Shown here in pieces: positions 18,679 through 27,578 of a stretch of 27,578 nt of DNA; position 1 is the stretch's first letter; every line of letters begins with the position of its first letter. The position numbers and the translations under genes were made by a program. The DNA is from an uncultured cyanobacterium (GTDB lineage: Bacteria > Cyanobacteriota > Cyanobacteriia > Leptolyngbyales > Leptolyngbyaceae): NCBI GenBank assembly GCA_963766075.1, contig CAVYAN010000046.1, forward strand, positions 1 through 27,578, written 5' to 3'. The notes beneath the pieces are model-generated. The model saw nothing but the letters and a program-made list of their open reading frames with translations, ran no database searches and was not told the origin of the DNA.

Positions 18679-21642
18679 GTGATCGCGTCCATTAACCGTT
18701 ACGAACCGCAAACCCAGGCGATCGCCCAGCAGCTCCTGTCGGCTACTCGCGAAAGCCGTTCGTTCTTTGCTCAAATGCGGGATCAAATGCGCTGGGACGA
18801 CAAGCTTTTAGACTGGACCATGAGCAATCCCGGCTTGCGGGTTCAGCTTTTTCGCTTCATTGACTGTCTGCCCGCGCTGCAAAGCAAAGCCGAAATTGCC
18901 CGCCATCTTCAGGAATATCTGGGCGATGCCTCCGTGGAACTGCCCACCACCCTCAAAGGCATGCTGAATTTTGCCAGCCCCGATTCCGTGCCGGGTCAAA
19001 TCGCCGCCACCACCATCGGCACCGCCGTGGAAACCTTGGCCCATAAATACATCTCCGGCGAAAGTATTCAGCAAGTGATTAAAACCATCGAGCGGTTGCG
19101 CAAAGACCGGATGGGTTTCACGGTGGATCTCCTGGGCGAAGCCGTGATTACCGAAGCCGAGGCTGCCTCCTACTTCGATCGCTACATCGAACTCATGGAG
19201 CAACTCACCACCGCCGCGCAGAAATGGTCCCCGGACCCTCAAATCGACACCGCCGATGGCGAGACGCTGCCCAGAGTCCAGGTGTCCGTCAAACTCACGG
19301 CCTTCTATTCCCAGTTTGATCCCCTGGATGCGGTGGGGAGCGAGGCCAAGGTCAGCGATCGCATCCGTCACTTGCTGCGCCGTGCCCAGGACATGGGGGC
19401 CGCTGTCCACTTCGACATGGAGCAATACACCTACAAGTCTCTAACGCTGGCAATCCTCAAGCGCATTCTGCTGGAAGACGAGTTCCGGCAGCGCACCGAT
19501 GTCGGCATGACCCTGCAAGCCTATCTGCGGGATAGCGAACAGGATTTGCGAGATCTGATCGCCTGGGCCAAGCAGCGGGGCACGCCCGTGACGATTCGGT
19601 TGGTTAAGGGTGCGTACTGGGATCAAGAAACCATCAAAGCGGCCCAGAAGGATTGGCCCCAGCCGGTTTATAACGATAAGGCATCCACCGATGCCAACTT
19701 TGAGACGATGACCCGACTGCTGCTGGAAAGTCACGAATACCTCTACGCCGCGATTGGCAGTCATAACGTGCGATCGCAGGCCCACGCCATTGCCATCGCG
19801 GAAGAACTCCAGATTCCCCGGCGGCGCTTTGAGCTACAAGTCCTGTATGGCATGGCGGATAAGTTGGGGAAAGCGATCGTGGAAAAGGGCTACCGCACTC
19901 GCGTCTACTGCCCCTATGGTGAACTGATTCCCGGCATGTCCTATCTGATCCGGCGACTGTTGGAAAATACAGCCAACAGTTCCTTCCTCCGCCAAAACCT
20001 AGAGGAGCGTCCGATTGCAGAACTGCTCGCGGCACCCATCCCTGCCGTGGCTGCTGTTGCCAAATCCGAAGCCCCATTCCACAATGCTCCCGATGAGGAT
20101 TATGCGGACACGGCTCAGCGCGATCGCGCCCTCGCCGCCCTGACTGCCGTCCGCCAGCAGTTCGGTAAAACCTATTTGCCTTGGGTGAATGGAAAATTCC
20201 TCGATACCCAGGAGCGGATGCCTTCCCTGAATCCATCCCACTTCAGCGAAAAGATTGGCGATGTCGGTCTGATCAGCGTGGACCAGGCAGAACAGGCGAT
20301 GCAAGCGGCTAAGGCAGCCCTGCCTGCATGGCGCAAAACGCCTGCAAAAGATCGCGCCGCCATCCTGTATAAAGCCGCCGACTTGATGGAGCAGCGCCGG
20401 GAGGAACTAGCCGCCTGGGTCTGTTTGGAAGTGGGCAAGCCTTTGAATGAAGTGAATGGGGAAGTGTCCGAGGCGATCGACTTCTGTCGCTACTACGCTG
20501 CCGAAATGGAGCGCCTCGATCGCGGCGTGGACTACGACTTTCCCGGCGAAACCAACCACTACCGCTACCAACCCCGAGGCATTGTCGTGGTCATTGCCCC
20601 CTGGAACTTTCCCCTGGCGATTCCCGTGGGCATGACCGTCGCTGCCCTCGTCGCGGGTAACTGCACCTTGTTGAAACCAGCAGAAACCTCCAGCATCATC
20701 ACCGCCAAATTCACCGAAATTTTGGTGGAAGCGGGGATCCCTGCCGGGGTATTTCAACATGTTCCTGGCCATGGCTCCAGCGTGGGCGCTTACCTAGTGC
20801 AGCACCCCGATGTCCACATGATCACCTTCACCGGCTCTCAAGAAGTGGGCTGCAAAATCTATGCGGCTGCGGCGACGCTGCAACCGGGCCAAAAGCACCT
20901 GAAGCGCGTGGTGGCCGAAATGGGCGGCAAAAACGCCATCATCGTCGATGAAAGTGCCGATCTGGATCAAGCCGTTCAGGGCGTGGTCCATTCGGCCTTT
21001 GGCTACAGTGGTCAAAAATGCTCTGCCTGCTCCCGAGTCATCGTCCTCGCCCCCATCTACGACACCTTTTTGCGCCGTTTGATCGCCGCGACGGAATCCC
21101 TCAATCTGGGTCCCGCCGAGAATCCCGCCACCAAGGTCGGCCCGGTGATCGATGCTACGGCCCATGCCCGCATCCAGGAGTTCATTGCCAAGGGCAAGCA
21201 AGAGTCGGAGGTGGCGCTGGAAATGCCTGCCTTAGCCGGGGGGTACTTCATCGGCCCCGTCATCTTTAAAGACGTGCAGCCCACCGCCACGATCGCCCAA
21301 GCCGAAATCTTTGGTCCCGTCCTGGCCGTTCTGCGGGCGACGACCTTTGATGAAGCCTTGGCGATCGCCAACGGTACGCCCTATGCCCTCACCGGCGGCC
21401 TCTACTCCCGCACCCCATCTCACATTGCCCAAGCGGAAACCGATTTTGAAGTCGGCAATTTGTACATTAATCGAGGGATTACGGGGGCGATCGTCAACCG
21501 TCAGCCCTTCGGCGGCTTCAAGCTGTCCGGAGTCGGTTCCAAGGCGGGTGGTCCTGACTATCTGCTGCAATTCCTGGAGCCTCGCGTGGTGACGGAAAAC
21601 GTACAGCGGCAGGGCTTTGCCCCAATTGAAGGCGTGGATTAA
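18679..21642 (+). CDS. putA: Bifunctional proline dehydrogenase / P5C dehydrogenase PutA
   Basis: TVDLLGE, RLVKGAYW, SHNVRS, YLIRRLLEN, PWNFPLAI, FTGS, AEMGGKN, GQKCSACSR and QPFGGFKLSG motifs. GTG start after GGAG. Confidence 0.95.
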   Translation: MIASINRYEPQTQAIAQQLLSATRESRSFFAQMRDQMRWDDKLLDWTMSNPGLRVQLFRFIDCLPALQSKAEIARHLQEYLGDASVELPTTLKGMLNFASPDSVPGQIAATTIGTAVETLAHKYISGESIQQVIKTIERLRKDRMGFTVDLLGEAVITEAEAASYFDRYIELMEQLTTAAQKWSPDPQIDTADGETLPRVQVSVKLTAFYSQFDPLDAVGSEAKVSDRIRHLLRRAQDMGAAVHFDMEQYTYKSLTLAILKRILLEDEFRQRTDVGMTLQAYLRDSEQDLRDLIAWAKQRGTPVTIRLVKGAYWDQETIKAAQKDWPQPVYNDKASTDANFETMTRLLLESHEYLYAAIGSHNVRSQAHAIAIAEELQIPRRRFELQVLYGMADKLGKAIVEKGYRTRVYCPYGELIPGMSYLIRRLLENTANSSFLRQNLEERPIAELLAAPIPAVAAVAKSEAPFHNAPDEDYADTAQRDRALAALTAVRQQFGKTYLPWVNGKFLDTQERMPSLNPSHFSEKIGDVGLISVDQAEQAMQAAKAALPAWRKTPAKDRAAILYKAADLMEQRREELAAWVCLEVGKPLNEVNGEVSEAIDFCRYYAAEMERLDRGVDYDFPGETNHYRYQPRGIVVVIAPWNFPLAIPVGMTVAALVAGNCTLLKPAETSSIITAKFTEILVEAGIPAGVFQHVPGHGSSVGAYLVQHPDVHMITFTGSQEVGCKIYAAAATLQPGQKHLKRVVAEMGGKNAIIVDESADLDQAVQGVVHSAFGYSGQKCSACSRVIVLAPIYDTFLRRLIAATESLNLGPAENPATKVGPVIDATAHARIQEFIAKGKQESEVALEMPALAGGYFIGPVIFKDVQPTATIAQAEIFGPVLAVLRATTFDEALAIANGTPYALTGGLYSRTPSHIAQAETDFEVGNLYINRGITGAIVNRQPFGGFKLSGVGSKAGGPDYLLQFLEPRVVTENVQRQGFAPIEGVD

Positions 21643-21836
21643 TCCCGCCGCTCTGGCTGGAATATCTGGCTGGGATATTCGTTGGGGATGGCTTGGGGCA
21701 TTCTCTCGTTTTTGGAAATGCCCTAAGCGTCTCCAACAAGGTTCTCCAACAGGCGATACCGGATCTGGCGGTGCGTCCTACAATAGCGATAGGAAAACAA
21801 TGGCGATAGGAAAATTCTCAGGATAGGAGCAGGGGT

Positions 21837-22205
21837 ATGACTCTGGATGCCGTCAACATGCCATCGTTGGAAACATCAGGACAGCCCTATGCCGTTTTGG
21901 TTGAGCGGCAGGATCAGGGCCACTGGGTAGCCCAAGCTTTGGGTTGGGCAGACTGCCATGCTGAAGGGGGCAGCCGAGAGATTGCCCTAGAGAGCCTGCA
22001 AAAAATTGTCAGCGATCGCCTAGCGCGTTCCGAAGTCGTCTATTTGGACCTCCCCATTCAGAAGCGGACCAACCCATTGATGCAGTATGCAGGGATGTTC
22101 AAAGACGATCCGCAATTTGCGGAGGTGTTGGACGAGATTTCTGCCTACCGTCGTGCACTGGATACCGAACGCGGGGAGCTCGCTGAATTTCAGCCCGATG
22201 GATAA
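21837..22205 (+). CDS. HicB-like antitoxin
   Basis: YAVLVERQDQGHWVAQALGWADCHAEGGSREIALESL resembles the HicB N-terminal domain. Acidic C-terminus, 8 bp upstream of a PIN toxin gene. Confidence 0.65.
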   Translation: MTLDAVNMPSLETSGQPYAVLVERQDQGHWVAQALGWADCHAEGGSREIALESLQKIVSDRLARSEVVYLDLPIQKRTNPLMQYAGMFKDDPQFAEVLDEISAYRRALDTERGELAEFQPDG

Positions 22206-22213
22206 AGATTGTC

Positions 22214-22636
22214 ATGCTTTGGGTCTTGGATACAGATCATGTTTCGTTGTTTCAGGCTGAACATCCTCTGGTTTCGCAGAGGTTTAGTCTGAAACAGGCC
22301 GATCAAATTGCAACCACAATCATCACGTTTGAAGAGCAAATGCGTGGATGGTTGGCGGTCATTCGGCGATCGTCTTCCCAAGACACATGGGTGAAGAACT
22401 ATAGAAAATTATCAGCCGCACGCCGATTCTTCGGCGATATACAAGTATTGGATTTTACGGAAGCGGCGTCTGCAAGCTATGTTCAACTCATCGACCGAAA
22501 GCTTCGGGTGGGCACCCAGGATTTACGGATTGCAGCCATTACTCTCTCACTCGGGGGGACCATAGTCACGCGCAACCGTCGGGATTTTGAACGGATACCC
22601 GGACTGCAAATGGAGGACTGGTCGTTGGAACTCTAG
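22214..22636 (+). CDS. vapC: PIN-domain VapC toxin
   Basis: [12 protein letters not shown] and [29 protein letters not shown] carry the PIN acidic residues. Confidence 0.88.
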   Translation: MLWVLDTDHVSLFQAEHPLVSQRFSLKQADQIATTIITFEEQMRGWLAVIRRSSSQDTWVKNYRKLSAARRFFGDIQVLDFTEAASASYVQLIDRKLRVGTQDLRIAAITLSLGGTIVTRNRRDFERIPGLQMEDWSLEL

Positions 22637-22752
22637 GCCTTGGCACCTTAACCATAGGTAGGGAAATCCGCCCCTCATCCCCCTCATTCCTTCCGGCGGC
22701 GATCGCCCACAATCATAAATGTCAAACCCTTACTCCCTCTTCTCGGATACCC

Positions 22753-24821
22753 ATGACAACGATTCTGGAAAAAGGCAACATCAGCATCCACACTGAGAAC
22801 ATCTTTCCCATCATCAAAAAGTGGCTCTACTCCGACCACGAGATTTTTCTCCGCGAATTGATTTCCAACGCCGTCGATGCCATCCAAAAGCTGAAAATGG
22901 TGTCCCACTCCGGCGAATACTCCGGCGACCTGGGCTGAACCTCTCATCACCATCACCCTGGATAAAGCCGCCAAAACCCTCGCCATTACCGACACCGGCA
23001 TCGGCATGACCGCCGAAGAAGTCAAAAAATACATCACCCAAGTGGCCTTCTCCAGTGCCGAAGAATTTGTCGAAAAATACAAAGCCACCACCGACGAGAA
23101 AATCATCGGTCACTTTGGCCTTGGCTTTTACTCGGCCTTCATGGTGGCTAAACAGGTCGAAATCGACACCCTCTCCTACAAGGCCGATGCCCAACCGGTC
23201 CACTGGTCCTGCGACGGTTCCACAGAATACGAACTCAGCGACTCCACCCGCACCACACGGGGCACCACCATCACGCTGCACTTGCAAGACGAAGAGCTAG
23301 AGTACGCCGAGTCCTACCGCATTCGCCACCTGGTGAAAACCTACTGCGACTTCATGCCCGTGCCGATCCAGCTTGAAGAGGTGAAGGTCGCCGAACCTGC
23401 GCCAGAAGCTCCTGGTGGAAGGAGAAGCCACCCCTGAGCCGGAAGCCCCCGCCGCCCCCGAGCAAATCAATCGCCAAAAAGCGCCGTGGAAAGAAGCCCC
23501 CTCCAGCCTCACCAAAGAAGACTACCTAGAGTTTTACCGCTACCTCTATCCCTTCCAGGACGAGCCGCTGCTGTGGGTCCACCTGAATACCGACTATCCC
23601 TTCGTCGTCAACGGCATTCTGTATTTCCCCAAGCTTCAGCCGGACATTGACACCTCCAAGGCCAGCATCAAGCTGTTCTGTAATCAAGTCTTTGTTAGCG
23701 ACAACTGCGAAGAGGTGATTCCCAAGTTCCTCCTGCCCCTGCGCGGGGTGATTGACAGCGCCGATATTCCCCTGAACGTCTCCCGCAGTTTTCTGCAAGC
23801 CGATCGCACCGTTCGTCAAATCGCCAACTACATTGCCAAGAAAGTGGGCGATCGCCTCAAGGAACTCTACCGCGACGATCGCCCCCAATACCTGCGGTCC
23901 TGGCAGGATTTGGGCACCTTCGTCAAGTTCGGCACCATGAACGACGACAAGTTCAAAAAACAAGTCGAAGATATTCTGATCTACCGCACCTCTGCTGACC
24001 TCAGCGTGAAGACTGACGCCCCCAAAGTGGAAGTCCAAACCGCCGAAGGTGACGTTTGGCAAGAACCCGCCGACAGCACCCCCAGCCAAACCCTAGACGG
24101 CAAGTCCTACACCACCCTGAAGGAATACCTAGAGCGCAATCAAGAACGCCACGCCAACCGTGTCTTCTACTGCACCGATGAAGTCACCCAAGCCACCTAT
24201 ATTGCCCTGCACCAGCAGCAAGGTTTAGAGGTGCTCTTCCTCGACAACTTCATCGACACCCACTTCGTCAGCTTCCTGGAGCGGGAATACTCCGACGTCA
24301 AATTCTCCCGCGTCGATGCGGAAATTGACGAGACCCTGATCGAAAAAGACCAGGCCACGGAAATCGTTGACCCCAACACCAACAAAACCCGCAGCGAAAC
24401 CATCAAAGATATTTTTACGGCGGCCCTGAATAAGCCCAAACTGACGATCCGCACCGAAGCTCTCAAAACCGAGAATGCCGACGCCACGCCCCCAGCCATG
24501 GTCCTTCTGCCCGAGCACCTGCGCCGCATGCAGGAAATGAACGCGTTCCTCCAGCAGCAAGCCATGCAATTCCCCGAAGAGCATGTGCTGCTGGTCAATA
24601 CCGCTCATCCCCTGATTCAAAACCTAGCCAATCTCAGCCAAGGGGCAATCCTGCAAGCGGATGGGGCTTCACCCTCAGCGGATCTGGCCAATTTAATTTG
24701 CCACCACGTGTACGACTTGGCCCTCATGGCCCAAAAAGGCTTCGATGCCGACGGCATGAAGTCCTTCGTCGATCGCTCCAACCAAGTCCTCACCCGCCTC
24801 ACCGAACGCGCGATCGGCTAA
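22753..24821 (+). CDS. htpG: Chaperone HtpG/Hsp90 (two apparent +1 frameshifts, at ~22933 and ~23414)
   Basis: [56 protein letters not shown] and LVNTAHPL motifs are spread over three frames. Removing one G at each site gives a continuous ORF. Confidence 0.95.
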
Positions 24822-24840
24822 CGCCCGCCCTAGTCTTTCA

Positions 24841-25194
24841 GCAATTCCAAATTCAACCCAGCATATTCAAACCGATCTCGAAAGCCTGGGTCCGCACACC
24901 CCGAAAGCGCCTATCCACCCCAAAGAGAGCAACAGTTCCCCGATCCCAACCCCAAAATCTACTGAACCCAGCCTAACTCCCCCAACCCTTAACCCCTTTC
25001 GGGGGGCTTGGGGGAGTTAGGCCCCCAAAAAGCGGGGGTTTGGGGGGAAGTCCCCCAAGGCTCGGAGGATCGGGAACGCGATCCTTCAATAGCCACCGCG
25101 CCACCAAAGAACGCAGGGATCGGGCGGGCTGACTTAGCTAGGTTGAATTTGGATTGATTTAGGTTGAATTTGGGTTATTTGAATTTAGAATTGC
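24841..25194. other. Nested-palindrome intergenic element (MITE-like or structured RNA)
   Basis: Terminal inverted repeat 24841-24856/25179-25194 (15/16), stems 24847-24862/25137-25152 (15/16) and 24935-24946/25067-25077, and a perfect 15-bp stem 24971-24985/25008-25022. Confidence 0.55.
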
Positions 25195-25282
25195 CACCCA
25201 CTTTCTAATCCCCTTCACCAGTCCCCCAAAATCCTGTACAATCAGAACCCGTGTATTTTTTCAAATCTCCCGGAGCACCTCG

Positions 25283-25519
25283 ATGTCTCGTAAATGTCAA
25301 CTGACCGGCAAAAAAGCCAACAACGCCTACTCCATCTCCCACTCCCACCGCCGCACCAAAAAGCTCCAGGAAGTCAACCTGCAATGGAAACGCATTTGGT
25401 GGGCCGAAGGCAACCGCTGGGTGCGCCTACGCATCTCCACCAAAGCCATCAAAACCCTAGAACATAAAGGCATCAGCGCCTTTGCTAAGGAAGCAGGCAT
25501 CAACCTGAACAAGTTTTAG
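25283..25519 (+). CDS. rpmB: 50S ribosomal protein L28
   Basis: [11 protein letters not shown]...[23 protein letters not shown] and a TACAAT -10 candidate at 25237-25242. Confidence 0.96.
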   Translation: MSRKCQLTGKKANNAYSISHSHRRTKKLQEVNLQWKRIWWAEGNRWVRLRISTKAIKTLEHKGISAFAKEAGINLNKF

Positions 25520-25668
25520 ATTCAGATTTTAGATTCGGACCAGCCAATCAAGCCAGCAGGTGAAACAAGCCAGCAGCTTAGACAACTTTTAGGCCGAACC
25601 TGCTCCAGGCTGAGCAATCTGAAGCCACTTCAAACTTTGACTTTCCGTGACAACGAGGCATCGCGTTG

Positions 25669-25697
25669 ATTAGGGTGGGCACCATGCTCACCCTAAT
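25669..25697. repeat. REP-like hairpin (AGGGTGGGCA...TGCTCACCCT), possible rpmB terminator
   Basis: ATTAGGGTGGGCA-CCA-TGCTCACCCTAAT forms a 13-bp stem with one GU. Resembles GTAGGGTGGGCA-type cyanobacterial palindromes. Confidence 0.55.
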
Positions 25698-25753
25698 TAG
25701 TTTTAGGGGCAAGTTTTCGGACCTTAGGCGATTTCTGTTAAACACAACCGTCT

Positions 25754-26328
25754 GCTGGCTTCGGCTCCGCTCAGCCAGCGGAAGATTGCTCCCTGAGCAA
25801 AGTCGAAGGGAGCGCACCACGACTCCACTCCACCAGCGAAAGATTGCTCCCTGAGCGCAGTCGAAGGGAGCGCGACCACGACTCCACTCCACCAGCGAAA
25901 GATTGCTCCCTGAGCGCAGTCGAAGGGGGCCGACCACAACTCCACTCCACCAGCAAAAGGTTAAGTCAGATAAGGCTGGCTTCGGCTCCGCTCAGCCAGC
26001 GAAAGATTGCTCCCTGAGCAGTCGAAGGGAGCCCCCTCCCGACCACAACTCCACTCCACCAGCGAAAGATTGCTCCCTGAGCGCAGTCGAAGGGAGCGAC
26101 CACAACTCCACTCCACCAGCGAAAGATTGCTCCCTGAGCAAAGTCGAAGGGAGCCGACCACGACTCCACTCCACCAGCGAAAGATTGCTCCCTGAGCGCA
26201 GTCGAAGGGAGCCGACCACGACTCCACTCCACCAACGAAAGATTGCTCCCTGAGCGAAGTCGAAGGGAGCCGACCACGACTCCACTCCACCAGCGAGAAA
26301 TTGCTCCCTGAGCGAAGTCGAAGGGAGC
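25754..26328. repeat. Tandem array of ~58-bp REP-like hairpin units (9 copies in two blocks)
   Basis: GCTCCCTGAGC(N)AGTCGAAGGGAGC starts at 25788, 25846, 25905, 26009, 26072, 26129, 26187, 26245 and 26303. Each block begins with GCTGGCTTCGGCTCCGCTCAGCCAGC (25754, 25975). Confidence 0.95.
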
Positions 26329-27065
26329 GGGAAATCTCCTTAACGTTCAGGACTTGCAGCCTAAATCCGCCGTCAGACACCTGTGGTTTCCGATTTTTAT
26401 CAGTAAATAGGCGGACAACTTCAAAAATAATCCTATAATTGATACACAGTTCTACGTATTTGATAGTTTTGCTCCCGAGATTGGGTACTCTGGTGAGGAA
26501 TCCCCAATAGCCATCATCTGAAAATTAGTTGACTGAAAATAATTAGACACTTTCCGAGGGCACTCCTGCCATCGCCCGACGTGCCTGTGTAGAAAGTGTC
26601 ACATTCTCCCCACACAATCCCCCGATTCTGGCTTAACCAGATTCTTGTTGAGAGAGGAGCGGCGAAGATGGCCGAGTCACCCTGATGACACCTTGTCATC
26701 TTCCTGTCACAGAGTTGACATCCAATCAGGATAGGTTGAAAAGGGGTTCTGCTGAATATTTCAGTCACTCCAGGGTGAATGAGCCCTTCGGTAGATTGTT
26801 CGTAGAGACTCTGGATCAGCCTTTTCTTAAGGATTCCGGGGCCTTGTTTACTCCTCTTGTTCACTCGATTTAGGCGTTGAAATGCGATCTTGCAGCAGAG
26901 TTGATTCATAATTCACTCGCCAGCGACCACCTACCCGTCTAGCAGTCGCCCCTCAAGTAGTCGCCCATTCAACAGCCGCCCCTCCAGCCGCCGCCCGTTA
27001 ACACCCGTTCCCGAGTTTCCCTTTTCCCTAACATTTACCATCCGACGAATTTGCAGGAAGCCAAT

Positions 27066-27578
27066 ATGTCAGACCGCAAATCAGCCAAACCTAACTTTGT
27101 GAGGCGAGTTCGCAAGCTGCTCCAAAACGCCGCCAAGTCACTGGTGACGACATTCCTCCGGGCCGCTTTTGTGATGAACCGTAGATCGCGGCTTGCCGCA
27201 ACGGGGTTTGTGCTGCCCACCGTGGTCTTACTGGTGCTTGTCGTAACGCTGACTACAGGAGCACTGGTCTTCCGGGCGTTTAACTCCAGCAACACGACCA
27301 TTGCCAGCAACCAAAATCGGGTGATCTACAACGCGGCCACCCCGGCGATCGACCGGGCGCGCTCCAAGTTGGAATATCTCTTTGATGCTACTAAAGACAC
27401 GCGCTTCCCCAGCGGGGTTCCGGCTGAGCAGTTCCTGATGTCCATGTTGCTGAATAACGGCGCTACGGTGAAAGGGCGATCGGCCCCTCCACTGCTTAAG
27501 GGGGGTAGTGACCCTGTACTCAATGACCCCTACACCCTGCCGGGGGAAACGCGCATTGATATGAACGGGGATGGCGCT
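27066..27578 (+). CDS. hpsA: HpsA-like hormogonium polysaccharide / large PilX-type protein, 5' part only (runs off the window)
   Basis: Not in the ORF track. Translated by hand: MSDRKSAK...RRSRLAATG|FVLPTVVLLVLVVTLTTGALVFR...YNAATPAIDRARSKLEYLF. Basic leader, prepilin-like G|F site and hydrophobic helix, open to the end of the window. Confidence 0.75.
   Translation, partial: MSDRKSAKPNFVRRVRKLLQNAAKSLVTTFLRAAFVMNRRSRLAATGFVLPTVVLLVLVVTLTTGALVFRAFNSSNTTIASNQNRVIYNAATPAIDRARSKLEYLFDATKDTRFPSGVPAEQFLMSMLLNNGATVKGRSAPPLLKGGSDPVLNDPYTLPGETRIDMNGDGA

Noticed and set aside
25754..26328. CRISPR array
   Set aside because: The would-be spacers are near-identical to one another and there are no cas genes in the window.
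25578..26380. Overlapping repetitive ORFs (LRLRSG / PFDCAQG)
   Set aside because: They are translations of a ~58-bp repeat whose period is not a multiple of 3, and they appear in all frames on both strands.

Overview
Chromosomal window from a cyanobacterium, probably a motile filamentous one (dense HIP1 GCGATCGC sites, gun4, a HetZ-related gene and the 5' end of an hpsA-like gene). It is mostly core genes: lptB, lptF/G, icd, a NarL-type response regulator, an RfaE-like nucleotidyltransferase, gun4, a GAF histidine-kinase-like protein, a hypothetical, DUF1499, larC, a Sua5/YciO protein, a HetZ-related protein, eno, a PAS-GAF-PAS-GGDEF-EAL protein, putA, a HicB-like/VapC toxin-antitoxin pair, htpG, rpmB and partial hpsA. 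icd, eno and htpG (twice) carry single-base frameshifts that most likely are sequencing or assembly errors. The most unusual non-coding features flank rpmB: a ~350-bp nested-palindrome element (24841-25194) and a ~575-bp array of ~58-bp REP-like hairpin units (25754-26328), whose core motif recurs at 87-142. The GAF kinase lacks its phospho-accepting His and ATP-binding boxes, so it looks like a pseudokinase. I saw no CRISPR array, transposase, tRNA or rRNA, and I cannot claim a complete novel system from sequence alone.
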